Assembly: GCA_052168235.1 (NCBI GenBank)
Contig: JBQLZK010000006.1
Span: forward strand, 1-64,000
Origin: Thainema sp.
GTDB taxonomy: Bacteria; Cyanobacteriota; Cyanobacteriia; Phormidesmidales; Phormidesmidaceae
Direction of reading: 5' to 3'
DNA: 64,000 nucleotides
The notes under the pieces were generated by a model that saw only the letters and a list, made by a program, of their open reading frames with translations, had not been told where the DNA came from and searched no databases. How positions within the stretch are numbered: the stretch's first letter is position 1; every line of letters begins with the position of its first letter. The translations under genes and the position numbers were made by a program. This document shows, piece after piece, positions 31,294-41,317 of this stretch.

Positions 31294-31920
31294 CTAGGCA
31301 GAAACGGTTAGTGGTCGGTTGTCTGCGGTCATGCGGTGCAAAATGCCCATAATCAGATCCAGACGGTCGATGTAATAGTCTTTGGTGTCAATGCAGGCGG
31401 TTGTTTGCTGTAGGGTGAGAAATTTCCACTGATTACCCGTAGTGACAGCTCCATAAATGGTGTCAATTGCGTTTTCATTGGTTTGATTAAAGCGCTGAGC
31501 TGCTAGCATTGCCGCTAAACACTGAGCTAGTCCACCTTTGATATTCTCGTTTTTGGCTTCAAATACGATCGCAATCGGAGCTTGTATATAAAGCTGCTGG
31601 CTTGACAAGCTAATGATAAAGTCGCAGAACCCATTTAAACCTTGGGCTGTGTCCACATTAAATTCCACCCCAGAAAACAAACTGATGCGATCGCAACTCA
31701 TGCGTTTCAGTTCAATCAACATCGGGGCAATCAGCATCTCTGAACGAGCTTTTTCGGTATTGATGGAGAGGGCTAGTGTGGTGCTGTATTCCAGAGAACT
31801 CACAAAGGCAGGATTGAGTTCAAGTGCCAAATTTTGACGTGAAAACAAATCTAGACTGCTCTGAATGGCAAGGCCAAAGCTTTTTTCTAGCTGCGGCAGC
31901 GTAAAGTCTTTGTAAGACAT
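31294..31920 (-). CDS. Cyanobacterial PD-(D/E)xK-type hypothetical protein
   Basis: TEKARSE, GFCDFII, FEAKNENI, QCLAAM, YGAVTTGNQWKF. Confidence 0.8.
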   Translation of the reverse strand: MSYKDFTLPQLEKSFGLAIQSSLDLFSRQNLALELNPAFVSSLEYSTTLALSINTEKARSEMLIAPMLIELKRMSCDRISLFSGVEFNVDTAQGLNGFCDFIISLSSQQLYIQAPIAIVFEAKNENIKGGLAQCLAAMLAAQRFNQTNENAIDTIYGAVTTGNQWKFLTLQQTTACIDTKDYYIDRLDLIMGILHRMTADNRPLTVSA

Positions 31921-31938
31921 GGTATGGCTCGTTTGTCT

Positions 31939-32259
31939 TTACCAGAAGTATCCTGATTTTACTGTGGTTTGCTGGGTGGCGAGGTCGTAGTGGAGCAGGT
32001 ATTCCCGTGCGATCGCACCTGTAGTTCGCAGTTGTTCCACTTCTTCGGCGCGAATTTCGGTATCAGTGGACAGCAGTAAAACCTGATGGCTGGCTTGGGG
32101 AAAGTATCGCTCGACCAGATGATTACGATGTTCGGAGTCGAGCCGTCCCAGGGGCGTGTCGATGGCGACGGGCAGTTGCCGACCGGAAGCGCTAGCTAAT
32201 CCCCAAAGAAGTGCGATCGCAAGGATCTGTTTTTCGCCAGCGGAAAGCCGATGTTTGGG
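31939..32259 (-). pseudogene. dndD: C-terminal fragment of DndD (SMC/ABC-type ATPase); not in the ORF track
   Basis: Manual translation: PKHRLSAGEKQILAIALLWGLASASGRQLPVAIDTPLGRLDSEHRNHLVERYFPQASHQVLLLSTDTEI...SGYFW*. No start codon; Walker A and coiled coil absent. Confidence 0.9.
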
Positions 32260-32271
32260 TGGCCATGCGCC

Positions 32272-32562
32272 TTACCCTTTTGGCAGGTATTTGACCAAGG
32301 CTTTCATAACTTCTCCGGGTTGAAATTGCAGGGGACGATCGGCGTTGGGGGCGGAGAGGAAGTCTGTCCATTCGAAGGTTTCGGCAAAGCCGAGCTGGTG
32401 GAGGGTGTTGATGATGGTGGTAATGGATTGTTTGGAGCCGATGACGAGGATTTTGACGGGTTCGCGATCGCGTTTGGGGTAGGAGTAGAGTTTGAGAGAA
32501 ACGGAAAGAGAGACGGTTTCTGAGGAGTCGGATGAGTTGGAGAGGAAGGATTGGGTTTGCAT
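32272..32562 (-). CDS. Small cyanobacterial hypothetical protein divergent from an XRE regulator
   Basis: REPVKILVIGS..LHQLGFAE..EW pattern. Confidence 0.7.
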   Translation of the reverse strand: MQTQSFLSNSSDSSETVSLSVSLKLYSYPKRDREPVKILVIGSKQSITTIINTLHQLGFAETFEWTDFLSAPNADRPLQFQPGEVMKALVKYLPKG

Positions 32563-32580
32563 AGTTGTCGCCTTAAAGTG

Positions 32581-32646
32581 TGGCATCAATTTGGATGCCA
32601 ATAATCATAGGCGTCAGTTCTGACTGCGTCAACCCTTTTGATGCCA
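32581..32646. promoter_or_regulatory. Probable XRE operator sites
   Basis: IR TGGCATC-N6-GATGCCA at 32581-32600 and a degenerate copy GCGTCA..TGATGCC near 32626-32646, between divergent genes. Confidence 0.5.
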
Positions 32647-32678
32647 TTATATTTTTCATCCTCTGGAAAGATGGAGGC

Positions 32679-32912
32679 ATGGGAAAAGCAGGAGCAGCAC
32701 TCAAGCAGGTACTTGAGCAATATGAAATCAGTCAATATAGTCTTGCTGCGGTTCTTGATGTAGAACGCAACAACGTCTATCGATGGGTCAACGAAAAGCG
32801 TGATCCATCTGGTGAAAGAATCGTTGAAATTGTTAGAGCACTAAAGTCTATGAATTCTGAAGCAGCAGAAACATTTGTTTCTTTATATTTAGGAGATGAA
32901 CTCTTAGACTAA
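32679..32912 (+). CDS. XRE-family helix-turn-helix regulator
   Basis: ISQYSLAAVLDVERNNVYRWVNEKRDP; ATG after GGAGG. Confidence 0.88.
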   Translation: MGKAGAALKQVLEQYEISQYSLAAVLDVERNNVYRWVNEKRDPSGERIVEIVRALKSMNSEAAETFVSLYLGDELLD

Positions 32913-33250
32913 AACCGCAATCTACCTGTAGCAAGCATTCGATAACCCATTGCCATTGATGCAAACGAAACGAAGAATTGCCATAAACTAGTTGGATTTA
33001 ATACGGCTCGACTGCTAGCGAAGATCAAAACGATGCTGACTCCCACAAATATCCAACCATAGCTTTTGAGACTCATGGGCAACGCAACTAGCCATACAGT
33101 TCCGAGCACTAAGAGCAAGATGGAGAGATCAGCAGCAATTCCACGCCAAAAATAAGGATAAACATTCGTAGTAAAGAATATGTTTCGACCCAAAAAATAA
33201 ATTCCAAGCAGAATCAATGCAAAACCAATCAGTTGAATAAAGAATCTCAT
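32909..33250 (-). CDS. Small 4-TM membrane protein
   Basis: 113 aa with four hydrophobic segments. Confidence 0.75.
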   Translation of the reverse strand: MRFFIQLIGFALILLGIYFLGRNIFFTTNVYPYFWRGIAADLSILLLVLGTVWLVALPMSLKSYGWIFVGVSIVLIFASSRAVLNPTSLWQFFVSFASMAMGYRMLATGRLRF

Positions 33251-33289
33251 AACGCCACTTAACTCAAATAACTATTTTGGATTGAGGAA

Positions 33290-34249
33290 TCAAGCGATTT
33301 CCCATCGTTCTCTATGCCAACTCAGCGCTTCTAAACTGGGTCTAAATTTATCCTCAGTAGGTAACTCAATTTGCTCACCTTTGAAATCCATCATTCCTCG
33401 GCTTTCTATTGCTATTTCTTCTGTAAATCGATCTCTTGGAATAACTATACGATAATCATTGCTAATTCCAAACCAACCATGATCAAAAGCCCAATGATGA
33501 TTTTTGCAAAGCGCTAAACCATTAATAAAGCGATCATCTCTGAATTCCGAAAACGGCTTAATGTGTGCTCCATCAACAATATTCTGAGCATCAGAGCTAA
33601 TGATTTTTAAACGGCAAAATGCACAACGTTGATCATAGAGAGAAACTACGATTCTTCGAAACGCACCATTCCTCACAACAATGTTTTCTTCATTCTTTAG
33701 ATCTTTGATGCTATATGTCGCACCTCCTTCTTTTAAAAGCCGATTTTTAACGATTTCAAATTCATCTACAAGTGCAAGTTGCTCAATTTCGGAAGTTTGC
33801 TCAGAAAACCAAGTATCAATTAAAACCTTTAGCAAAAATATTCTTTGTTCAGGATTTTGCAAAAGAAAGAATAGCTCTGAATCAAAATAGGCGTGTTGAA
33901 CTGTTTTTCTGACTGCTGTAACTCCTTTACGGCCTAACTTAGTAGCTGATGTAGCTTCGCTGTCTGGATCTAGGTAAAGATGCCAAAATTTATCACCTGT
34001 TAAATGAACAAAAGGAAGTGATATATCAGAACGATGATCAGTTGTTACTAAGCTACGCCAATATTTTAGGAAGGTTGAAATTAGTTCAGGTGATAAAGGA
34101 ATTCTGTTCTTATAGATTTTTCCTTGTTCAATCAACTCAAGAACTGAAATAAGCAAAATAGGTTTATGTGGAGCGCTTCCTCGCTCTCGATTTCGGTTTA
34201 CATTGAGATTTGCGAACTTTCTCGCGTAGTAGTGCAAATCTTTTTTCAT
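33290..34249 (-). CDS. SBD-HNH endonuclease (putative phosphorothioate-dependent, ScoMcrA/SprMcrA-like architecture)
   Basis: N-terminal APHKPILL...SLPFVHLTGDKFWHL; C-terminal CAFC..GAHIKPF..NGLALCKNHHWAFD. Confidence 0.82.
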   Translation of the reverse strand: MKKDLHYYARKFANLNVNRNRERGSAPHKPILLISVLELIEQGKIYKNRIPLSPELISTFLKYWRSLVTTDHRSDISLPFVHLTGDKFWHLYLDPDSEATSATKLGRKGVTAVRKTVQHAYFDSELFFLLQNPEQRIFLLKVLIDTWFSEQTSEIEQLALVDEFEIVKNRLLKEGGATYSIKDLKNEENIVVRNGAFRRIVVSLYDQRCAFCRLKIISSDAQNIVDGAHIKPFSEFRDDRFINGLALCKNHHWAFDHGWFGISNDYRIVIPRDRFTEEIAIESRGMMDFKGEQIELPTEDKFRPSLEALSWHRERWEIA

Positions 34250-34267
34250 AAATGTAAACCAGACTAA

Positions 34268-34831
34268 CTATGCTTCATCAAGTTTTCTCATGTACGTGCT
34301 GTACATTTTCATAAAGTACCCCGGTGGCTCTTGAAAACTATCAGTCTGTGAAATTTGTTTAACTTGATCCAGTTTACCTGGAAACCATCGACCGACTAGA
34401 ACCGCCCGTAAACTATCACGCAAAGATTGTTCTTGTAAAAAATCAAACAAGTCCTCATCTAAGTAAGCATGGCTAATTGCACGTTTCACCTCTGCCAGAG
34501 TCTTTAACTTTATCTTTTTAGCTAAAACTTTCTCAAAACCTGGATTGGCGTATAAGTGCCAAAATTTACCGCTTTTCATATGGAAAAACGGTCGTGAGAT
34601 ATCGGGATAATGACTAGCCGATCCTAAATAGCTCCAATACTTTAAAAACGTTCGATTGATTTGTCTAGATAATTCAATTCGATTCTCATGAATTACTTCG
34701 CGTTCAAAGAGTTCAATAACTGAAAGCAATAGAATTGGCTTGTGAGGCGCAACGCCATGAGCACGATCTACCCGTATCCTCTCAAATTTCTTTGAGTAAT
34801 ATGCAAGAAGCTTAATTCTTTCTAAATCCAC
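34268..34831 (-). CDS. Stand-alone sulfur-binding-domain (SBD)-like protein, no nuclease domain
   Basis: APHKPILLL...FLKYW...SRPFFHMKSGKFWHL, paralogous to the N-terminus of the downstream gene. Confidence 0.78.
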   Translation of the reverse strand: MDLERIKLLAYYSKKFERIRVDRAHGVAPHKPILLLSVIELFEREVIHENRIELSRQINRTFLKYWSYLGSASHYPDISRPFFHMKSGKFWHLYANPGFEKVLAKKIKLKTLAEVKRAISHAYLDEDLFDFLQEQSLRDSLRAVLVGRWFPGKLDQVKQISQTDSFQEPPGYFMKMYSTYMRKLDEA

Positions 34832-34895
34832 TTGCTTTAAGTTTAGTGGCTTGTACTACAGAATGAATGATAGACGAAAGATTTCTCTCATGAGA

Positions 34896-35153
34896 CTAAT
34901 CTGATCTTTTATCATCTAGCATCTCTCTCTTAATTTCTTGTATCAAGTCTATAATCTGTTGCCGAGTTTCGTATCCTTCTGCAACTAAAGACTCCTTTAA
35001 TTCTTGTTGAATCTGTTCTACAGAACTCAGCGGTTCACGCAAAGCTGTTTTTCCTAAATACCCAAGCCTCAACATATCTTCTAGATATACTACGAACTCT
35101 CGATCTCCAGAGACTACTTTAATATTGCAGAGATAAAGCCCATTATCATTCAT
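34896..35153 (-). pseudogene. Chimeric ORF: first ~12 codons of a HepT/DUF86 toxin joined to unrelated sequence
   Basis: MNDNGLYLCNIK resembles a DUF86 start and overlaps the MNT stop (ATGA); no RN..xH motif follows. Confidence 0.55.
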
Positions 35154-35476
35154 AGCGGTATCGCATCCTGCATCACCCGATCCTTAATCCGCTCGTGCAG
35201 AGCCGATGGAGTCGCCACATCCACCGATCTCCCCAATAAATCCTCCAGATCCTGTATTAGGCCAATGTGGTCAAGCAAACTGCGCCCCGGCTCCAGGTCT
35301 ACTAACAAATCAATATCACTCTGCTCATTCGCTTCTCCTCGCACTACCGAGCCAAATACCCGAATATTAGATGCTCCATGTTGTGCGGCAATAGAGACAA
35401 GATCTGCCTTTTGCGCTCTTAATCGAGCCAGTAGATCATTCACCCTAGAAGCCTCTAGATTGGAGTCTTGCATCAC
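35150..35476 (-). CDS. MNT antitoxin
   Basis: IRVFGSVVRGEA..SDIDLLVD..LEDLLGRSVDV. Confidence 0.9.
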   Translation of the reverse strand: MMQDSNLEASRVNDLLARLRAQKADLVSIAAQHGASNIRVFGSVVRGEANEQSDIDLLVDLEPGRSLLDHIGLIQDLEDLLGRSVDVATPSALHERIKDRVMQDAIPL

Positions 35477-35553
35477 ATCACCTCCAAAACCTCAGTCCAC
35501 TCAAACTCATTTACACTCTGCCGCACCAGCTTGATCAACGAAACCTACTTCTT

Positions 35554-35748
35554 TTACAAATGTTGCCAAGCCTCCTCCTCGTCAGGTAACAACCAGTCCT
35601 TATTTAAGGCAGACTCACTCAATAAAGCAGTTTCAAACTTCTCCTGTGCCTGAGTCATATTCAAAAACTGAATAAACGACAATACTGTTGTCAAAACATC
35701 TTCAGGAGCTTTTTCTAACTCCTGCAAAATTAAATCTTTAATCGTCAC
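35554..35748 (-). CDS. DUF2281-like antitoxin
   Basis: ETALLSESALNKDWLLPDEEEAWQHL; an overlapping TTG-ATFVK start resembles a MazF/PemK toxin that does not continue. Confidence 0.8.
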   Translation of the reverse strand: MTIKDLILQELEKAPEDVLTTVLSFIQFLNMTQAQEKFETALLSESALNKDWLLPDEEEAWQHL

Positions 35749-35759
35749 TTCTCAACTTC

Positions 35760-37493
35760 CTACATCGCAGTATAAGTATTCACCCGATACCCTAGTTCAC
35801 TCCCTAACAGCCGCGTCACTGCTTCTAGCTGCCGCAACGTTTCTTGCGTGACCCCATCCTCAACTGATCCATCACCGCAGTAAAACAGCGTATGATCCGT
35901 ATTCAACCGATTTTTCATCAAAGCTCGTAAGGCTGGAATCTTATTCTCCGCAGTACCAATCAGCCGAGCCCGCTTAGAAAGCAACAAGGTCAGGTTCTCA
36001 TTATCTTCATCATCACCACCAATTGCGATCGCACGGCCAATCTTGACTGATAAATCGGCATACTCCAGCACCTCGTCATCCGTCAGTTCCACCAAAATCG
36101 GGTAGTAGCGATAATGCACCAGCGCCCCCTGTTCAATGGCATTCCGTAGGGTAAACTCCGGCTCCAGTACCTCGCCAAAATAGTCAAACAGCGCCTGGGT
36201 GCCCCGATCATCAAAATACCGCTCCGGTGTCGCCGACAGTCCTAATCTCAACCCCACTGTCTTTGGCAAACTGGCCGCCAATCGTTGCGCTCCTAAGTTA
36301 TGCGCCTCATCCCCAATCAACAGCGTCTTCTTGGGAAACGAACCAAGCTGCGACTGAAAGCCCTGACTAGTCAGCGTCGCATTCGTTGTAATCACCGTGA
36401 CAAACGGCTGCAGTTCTAATTTCAGGTTAAGCAACTGATTCGACAGATTGCTCTGCCACTGCTTCAAACTCTCATAGGCCAAAATTGGCTCTAGCCCAAA
36501 CTTCCGGCACTCCCGATCCCACTGCTGCACTAAGTGACGGTAAGGACACACTACAATCAGCGCTTGCAGCTCAATTTTCTCGTATAGCTCTGCGGCAACA
36601 GCCAAAGCGGTAATTGTCTTTCCGCTTCCTGTTGCCATTTTCAGTGTGCCGCGCCCATTATTTGCAAACCAATTCTCCACCGCCTGCTTTTGGTAATCCC
36701 GTAGATTGAGCCAGAATGGTTTAATTGGGATTCCTTGAAGTTTGGTGGCTACTTCATCAGGAAAATCTAATTCATAATCTCCTTTAGTACTAGCAGCATA
36801 AGGCTCTCGCGTCGGTGGTTTATCAGGGCAGTACTTTTGGATCAGAGATCGCGTTACCGCCTCCGGAAACGGCATCACATCAACCTTGGGCGTGCGATTC
36901 TGCCACAACTCCTCAAATGCCTCTGCTCGCATACGTGCCCATTCGTCAAGTCCGGGTTGCCAAGACGCACAAACCTCTAATACCTCAAAATTATGCTGTA
37001 AGCCATTTTCACTTTCATTGGCTGAGCCGTTGAAAGTTACTAAATTCCCCTCATCATCAGCAAAGATACCCAGCTTTTCGTGATAGATGCCCCGTAACGC
37101 TTCAGGTACAGCTAACTTGATCTCTAGATTTCCCCGCGCCAGCAACCAAGTCAGAGCTGCGAATCGCTGTTTCACAAAATCGGGCATATCCTCTTGATCA
37201 AAGCTTCTCAGCAATGCCCGATTAATCACCTCATCTCGCTGCTGGAGACCCTGCTGAATTGCTTCCACATCCGCTTCAGACAATTGTGGTGATGTCACCA
37301 ACCGCATCCGCCCACCCGACTGAATAAATGCTGTTAATCCCCTCGCCACCAGTGCCAGCACCGAGCTCGAAAAGTATCCCACCGCACGGTTGTAGACGGT
37401 TGCCTGCTTCAAACAAGGAATATAGAAATCCTCAACTAAGTTGGACTCACTACTGCGATATCTCTTGCGAAGGTTTAGCGCTTTCAGATTCAA
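35760..37493 (-). pseudogene. DNA phosphorothioation-system restriction enzyme (PLD + SF2 helicase, TIGR04095-like), C-terminally truncated
   Basis: HEKLGIF..GSANES, NWFANNGRGTLKMATGSGKT, DEAH, LSATP. Ends at YRVNTYTAM* before helicase motifs V and VI (LDEGVD, QRRGR). Confidence 0.85.
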
Positions 37494-37635
37494 GTTAGAA
37501 CCTCAAATCCATACTTCCCCTAGGATAAATGCACTAATCATCTCTTAACCCTGAAATATAAAGCAATTGTCACAAAGCTACTATCTGCATTTTGGTCAAA
37601 CCTATAGCCTCGCGGCGTGAAGCATTAACAGCATG

Positions 37636-38835
37636 TCACAGAGCACTTCGTTCTGGACTGGTTGGGGTCTTTGGCTGAATTGGGTTTTGTTGCTCCAGCA
37701 TCAAGGCAAGCTGCTTTTGAAACTGCGCCAAGCCAAACTTGCTGATTGCCCGGTTTCTCAATTTCATCTTCTGAGCATGGCTGTTTAAACAGTTGCGATC
37801 GCACAAAATATCAATCAGCGTTTGAGCAATCTCTAACTCATCATCCGGGTTAACTAAATAGCCCATCGTGCCGTGTTCCAGTGGATCAACAGCTCCATCA
37901 CAATTTCCGGCTAGCACTGGCTTACCACACGCCAAAGCCTCTAAATAAACAATGCCAAAGCCCTCGCCTTTACTGGGTAGGGCAAACACATCGCATAAAT
38001 TATAGTGATCGCACAACTCCTGATCTGGAATAAAGCCAGTCAACGTCACAGCGTCCTCCAGACCAAGCTGATCAATCAACTGCTGGATGCGCGGCGTATC
38101 ATCCCCTTTGCCCGCCAAAATATAATGCACATCGGGAATCTGCTGACGAATGATCGGTAACGCCCGCAGAATTTGGTCATACCCCTTATACGTATCGAGC
38201 TTGCCCAAGCGGCTGACCGTGAAAATCACAGGCTGCTGTGGCTGCAATCCATAGCGCTTTAGCAAATAGTCAGGCTTCGGCCCAATTTGAAACTGTTGCG
38301 GATCGAGCGTATTCGGCAGGACAACAACCTGTTCAGCCCGCAAATCTTGTTCGTGCAAAATGCGATCGCGGGTAAAATGGCTGACGGCAACAACCTGATC
38401 GGCCTGCTGGAGTGCTTTTCGCAAGTGAGTCCGCTGCAAATCCCAAACCTCCAGCCCGTGAGCAATCACCCAGTAGGGAACCCCAGAAATCTGCTTCAGC
38501 CACTGGCAGACAGGACTGTAGTTGACATGAGAAGCGATGATCAGCGAAGGCTGAGCCTGAACCCCCCGTTGCAGCGTTCGGCCCGCCATCAGCACCGTTT
38601 GCACAATCCGGGGATGATCGCCTAAACAATGAAATCGGGTTTGCGGTAGTAAACCAAATCGATCATGGATATGATCCAGCCGATCGTATTTGAGAAATAA
38701 GTCATACTCAGCGTCTGGGTAAAGCTGCTGGAGCGTTTTCAGCAGAAAAATAGAGTAGACCTGAATTCCACCTTTGAAGCCAAAAATATTAGGAAGCAGT
38801 AAGAAAAAATGGGCCGTTTCATCTAAATTACTCAT
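37636..38835 (-). CDS. Glycosyltransferase family 4
   Basis: GGIQ, AHGLE, YKGYD, EGFGIVYLEALACGKPV. Confidence 0.93.
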   Translation of the reverse strand: MSNLDETAHFFLLLPNIFGFKGGIQVYSIFLLKTLQQLYPDAEYDLFLKYDRLDHIHDRFGLLPQTRFHCLGDHPRIVQTVLMAGRTLQRGVQAQPSLIIASHVNYSPVCQWLKQISGVPYWVIAHGLEVWDLQRTHLRKALQQADQVVAVSHFTRDRILHEQDLRAEQVVVLPNTLDPQQFQIGPKPDYLLKRYGLQPQQPVIFTVSRLGKLDTYKGYDQILRALPIIRQQIPDVHYILAGKGDDTPRIQQLIDQLGLEDAVTLTGFIPDQELCDHYNLCDVFALPSKGEGFGIVYLEALACGKPVLAGNCDGAVDPLEHGTMGYLVNPDDELEIAQTLIDILCDRNCLNSHAQKMKLRNRAISKFGLAQFQKQLALMLEQQNPIQPKTPTSPERSAL

Positions 38836-39840
38836 CGGAATTGATGCAAGAGCTAGGGGAGACTGTTTTACCGACTTACCTTGGAAAGGTATTATTATCT
38901 AATCAAACTATTTTAATTCAACACTTGAGCAGTTGGTGTTGATAGCAATATCGGCGGCGCATCAAGATGAGAGTTAACTAAAAAAATAAGGTTGGTACCA
39001 ATCGTCACTAAACAATAGCCAATCGATAAACCTAAAATAATGCAATTGCTCTTTTGATTCGCACGATCAAAAATCCGATTTGTATGCTTAATCATTAGAT
39101 CGATAACCTTAATATCTACATGGTGAACTGATGGTGAGCGGTTTGAAGCTGCAAGTTTTGTGTGCTGGTCGCAACAGCATCAACGGTTTCTGCCTTTTTG
39201 CCATATTTCGAAAATGGTCAAACATACGAGAAGAGTTTAATGACTGTCTTGCAGCTTTCCCCACTTTTGGAATAGCTTGTGTTCGCTATACTCCCTTAGA
39301 AATCAAATTAAATAGGTACCATTTCCCATCTCTTCATGTGACTTCAGGTGAAGTTATTTGTGAGAAGCAATAAATTAATTGGTGATGCAGCAATTAGCAC
39401 GTCGTGACACCATACAGTTAATAATGGTGATATTCATCACGCCTAGAAAGTCGTCTAGAAAGTGAGATCGCATTCTCCAAGTCGCACTTGAAATCCAAAC
39501 CAGCGAATGCTATTGCCCAGATTCAAACGTTTGTGACGAAATTTGAACGATAGGCGGTGAATTTTAACGATTTCATCAGAATTTGCTGATGGACGGAAAC
39601 TCGTTGATTGCAGTCTATCGGCTCCCATTCCACCGCTCCCCAGCCAGTAAAGTGTCATCCAAGCTACAGATGGCTCTGGTCAGTCAGAGAACACTCTTAA
39701 TCAGCTTGAGCAACTTGAGCAACATCTTGAGTGCGATCGCAATTTAATCGCATAACGACTACTCCACAGATTTGCGATCGCGCCATCAACGCTGCCCAAA
39801 CACTGCCCAACTATATAGGAACCGTGGACAGGAGACTCCC

Positions 39841-41046
39841 ATGCCGCAAACGCTTTTCAAAGTAGACTTGACCAAGCCAATGGATCAACAGGAGCTACCG
39901 GGACATAACCGTTGGCATCCCGACATTCCAGCGGTTGTGTCGGTCAATCCTGGCGATGTTTTTCGGATTGAGTGCAAAGACTGGACAGACGGCCAGATCA
40001 AAAACAACGATAGCCCTGATGACATTCGAGATGTCGATTTAACTGTGGTGCATGTGCTGAGCGGTCCCATTTGGGTGAATGGGGCAGAACCTGGCGATAT
40101 TCTGGTGGTAGACCTGCTGGATATTGGGGCGCTGCAAGGCGATGAGTGGGGCTTTACTGGCATCTTTGCCAAAGAAAACGGTGGTGGCTTTTTGACCGAT
40201 CACTTTCCGGAAGCGGCCAAGGCCATTTGGGATTTTCAAGGAATTTATACCTCGTCGCGCCACATTCCCAACGTCAAGTTTGCGGGCATCATTCACCCCG
40301 GTCTAATTGGCTGTGCCCCCTCCCATGAGCTACTCGCCACCTGGAATCAGCGAGAACGTGAACTGGTTGATTCTGCACCGGATCTGCGAACCTATGGTAC
40401 GGGGCTAGCAGGGGATATGCCTGTTTATGCGGCTCTCCCCAATCCGCAAAATGCCATCCTGGGCACGCTGCCGAAATCTGAATATGAGCGGGTGGCAGCC
40501 GAAGCGGCTCGTACCGTGCCACCGCGTGAACATGGTGGCAACTGCGATATCAAAAACCTGTCCAAGGGCACCCGCATCTACTTTCCGGTTTATGTAGAAG
40601 GAGCCAAGCTATCGATGGGTGATATTCACTTCTCCCAAGGCGATGGCGAAATCTCGTTTTGCGGCGCAATTGAGATGTCCGGCTACATTGACCTACACGT
40701 AGACATCATTAAAGGCGGCGTTGAGAAATATAACCTGGTGAATCCCATTTTTAAACCCGGCCCCGTGGAACCGCACTATTCGGAATACCTGGTATTTGAA
40801 GGGATTTCGGTAGACGAGCATTCCGGCAAGCAGTACTACATGGATGTGCATATTGCCTACCGACGGGCCTGTTTGAATGCAATTGAGTATCTGAAAAACT
40901 TTGGCTTCACAGGTGAGCAAATTTACCTGATGCTCAGTTGTGCTCCGGTTGAAGGCCGAGTCAGCGGCATCGTCGATATACCCAATGCCTGCTGCACGCT
41001 GGCGATTCCCACTGCCATTTTTGATATGGATATCCTACCCAAATAG
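39841..41046 (+). CDS. fmdA: Formamidase (acetamidase/formamidase family)
   Basis: HNRWHPDIP, HVLSGP, PREHGGNCD, GDIHFSQGDGE, CGAIEM. Confidence 0.95.
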   Translation: MPQTLFKVDLTKPMDQQELPGHNRWHPDIPAVVSVNPGDVFRIECKDWTDGQIKNNDSPDDIRDVDLTVVHVLSGPIWVNGAEPGDILVVDLLDIGALQGDEWGFTGIFAKENGGGFLTDHFPEAAKAIWDFQGIYTSSRHIPNVKFAGIIHPGLIGCAPSHELLATWNQRERELVDSAPDLRTYGTGLAGDMPVYAALPNPQNAILGTLPKSEYERVAAEAARTVPPREHGGNCDIKNLSKGTRIYFPVYVEGAKLSMGDIHFSQGDGEISFCGAIEMSGYIDLHVDIIKGGVEKYNLVNPIFKPGPVEPHYSEYLVFEGISVDEHSGKQYYMDVHIAYRRACLNAIEYLKNFGFTGEQIYLMLSCAPVEGRVSGIVDIPNACCTLAIPTAIFDMDILPK

Positions 41047-41317
41047 TTTGGTAGTTCTCAAAAGGTAATGATGTTTTGTTATATGGGCAGCGTTCACACA
41101 ACAAAACATTATTACCTAACGACCACTCCCCATCATTTTTGTGGGGTGGGTGAGCGACCGCTGATTCTGGGCCTCAAATTTGTTTGGGTCACGAGTTTCA
41201 CGTTGCTCAACTCAATCCGCAAAAAACAAGTCACGGTGTTGAAGAAGGTGAGCATTGCCCACCCTACAGCCCTTTACTACAGACTTTTCCAGCTCTTTTC
41301 AGTTTTACTTATTCTCC

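Noticed and set aside
22833..37600. Prophage or ICE integrated at tRNA-Val
   Set aside because: No integrase or phage genes, and I did not find a duplicated tRNA 3' end. It is a variable defence hotspot, not a demonstrable element.
39380..39840. NtcA site upstream of formamidase
   Set aside because: No exact GTA-N8-TAC found by eye; only mismatched candidates.
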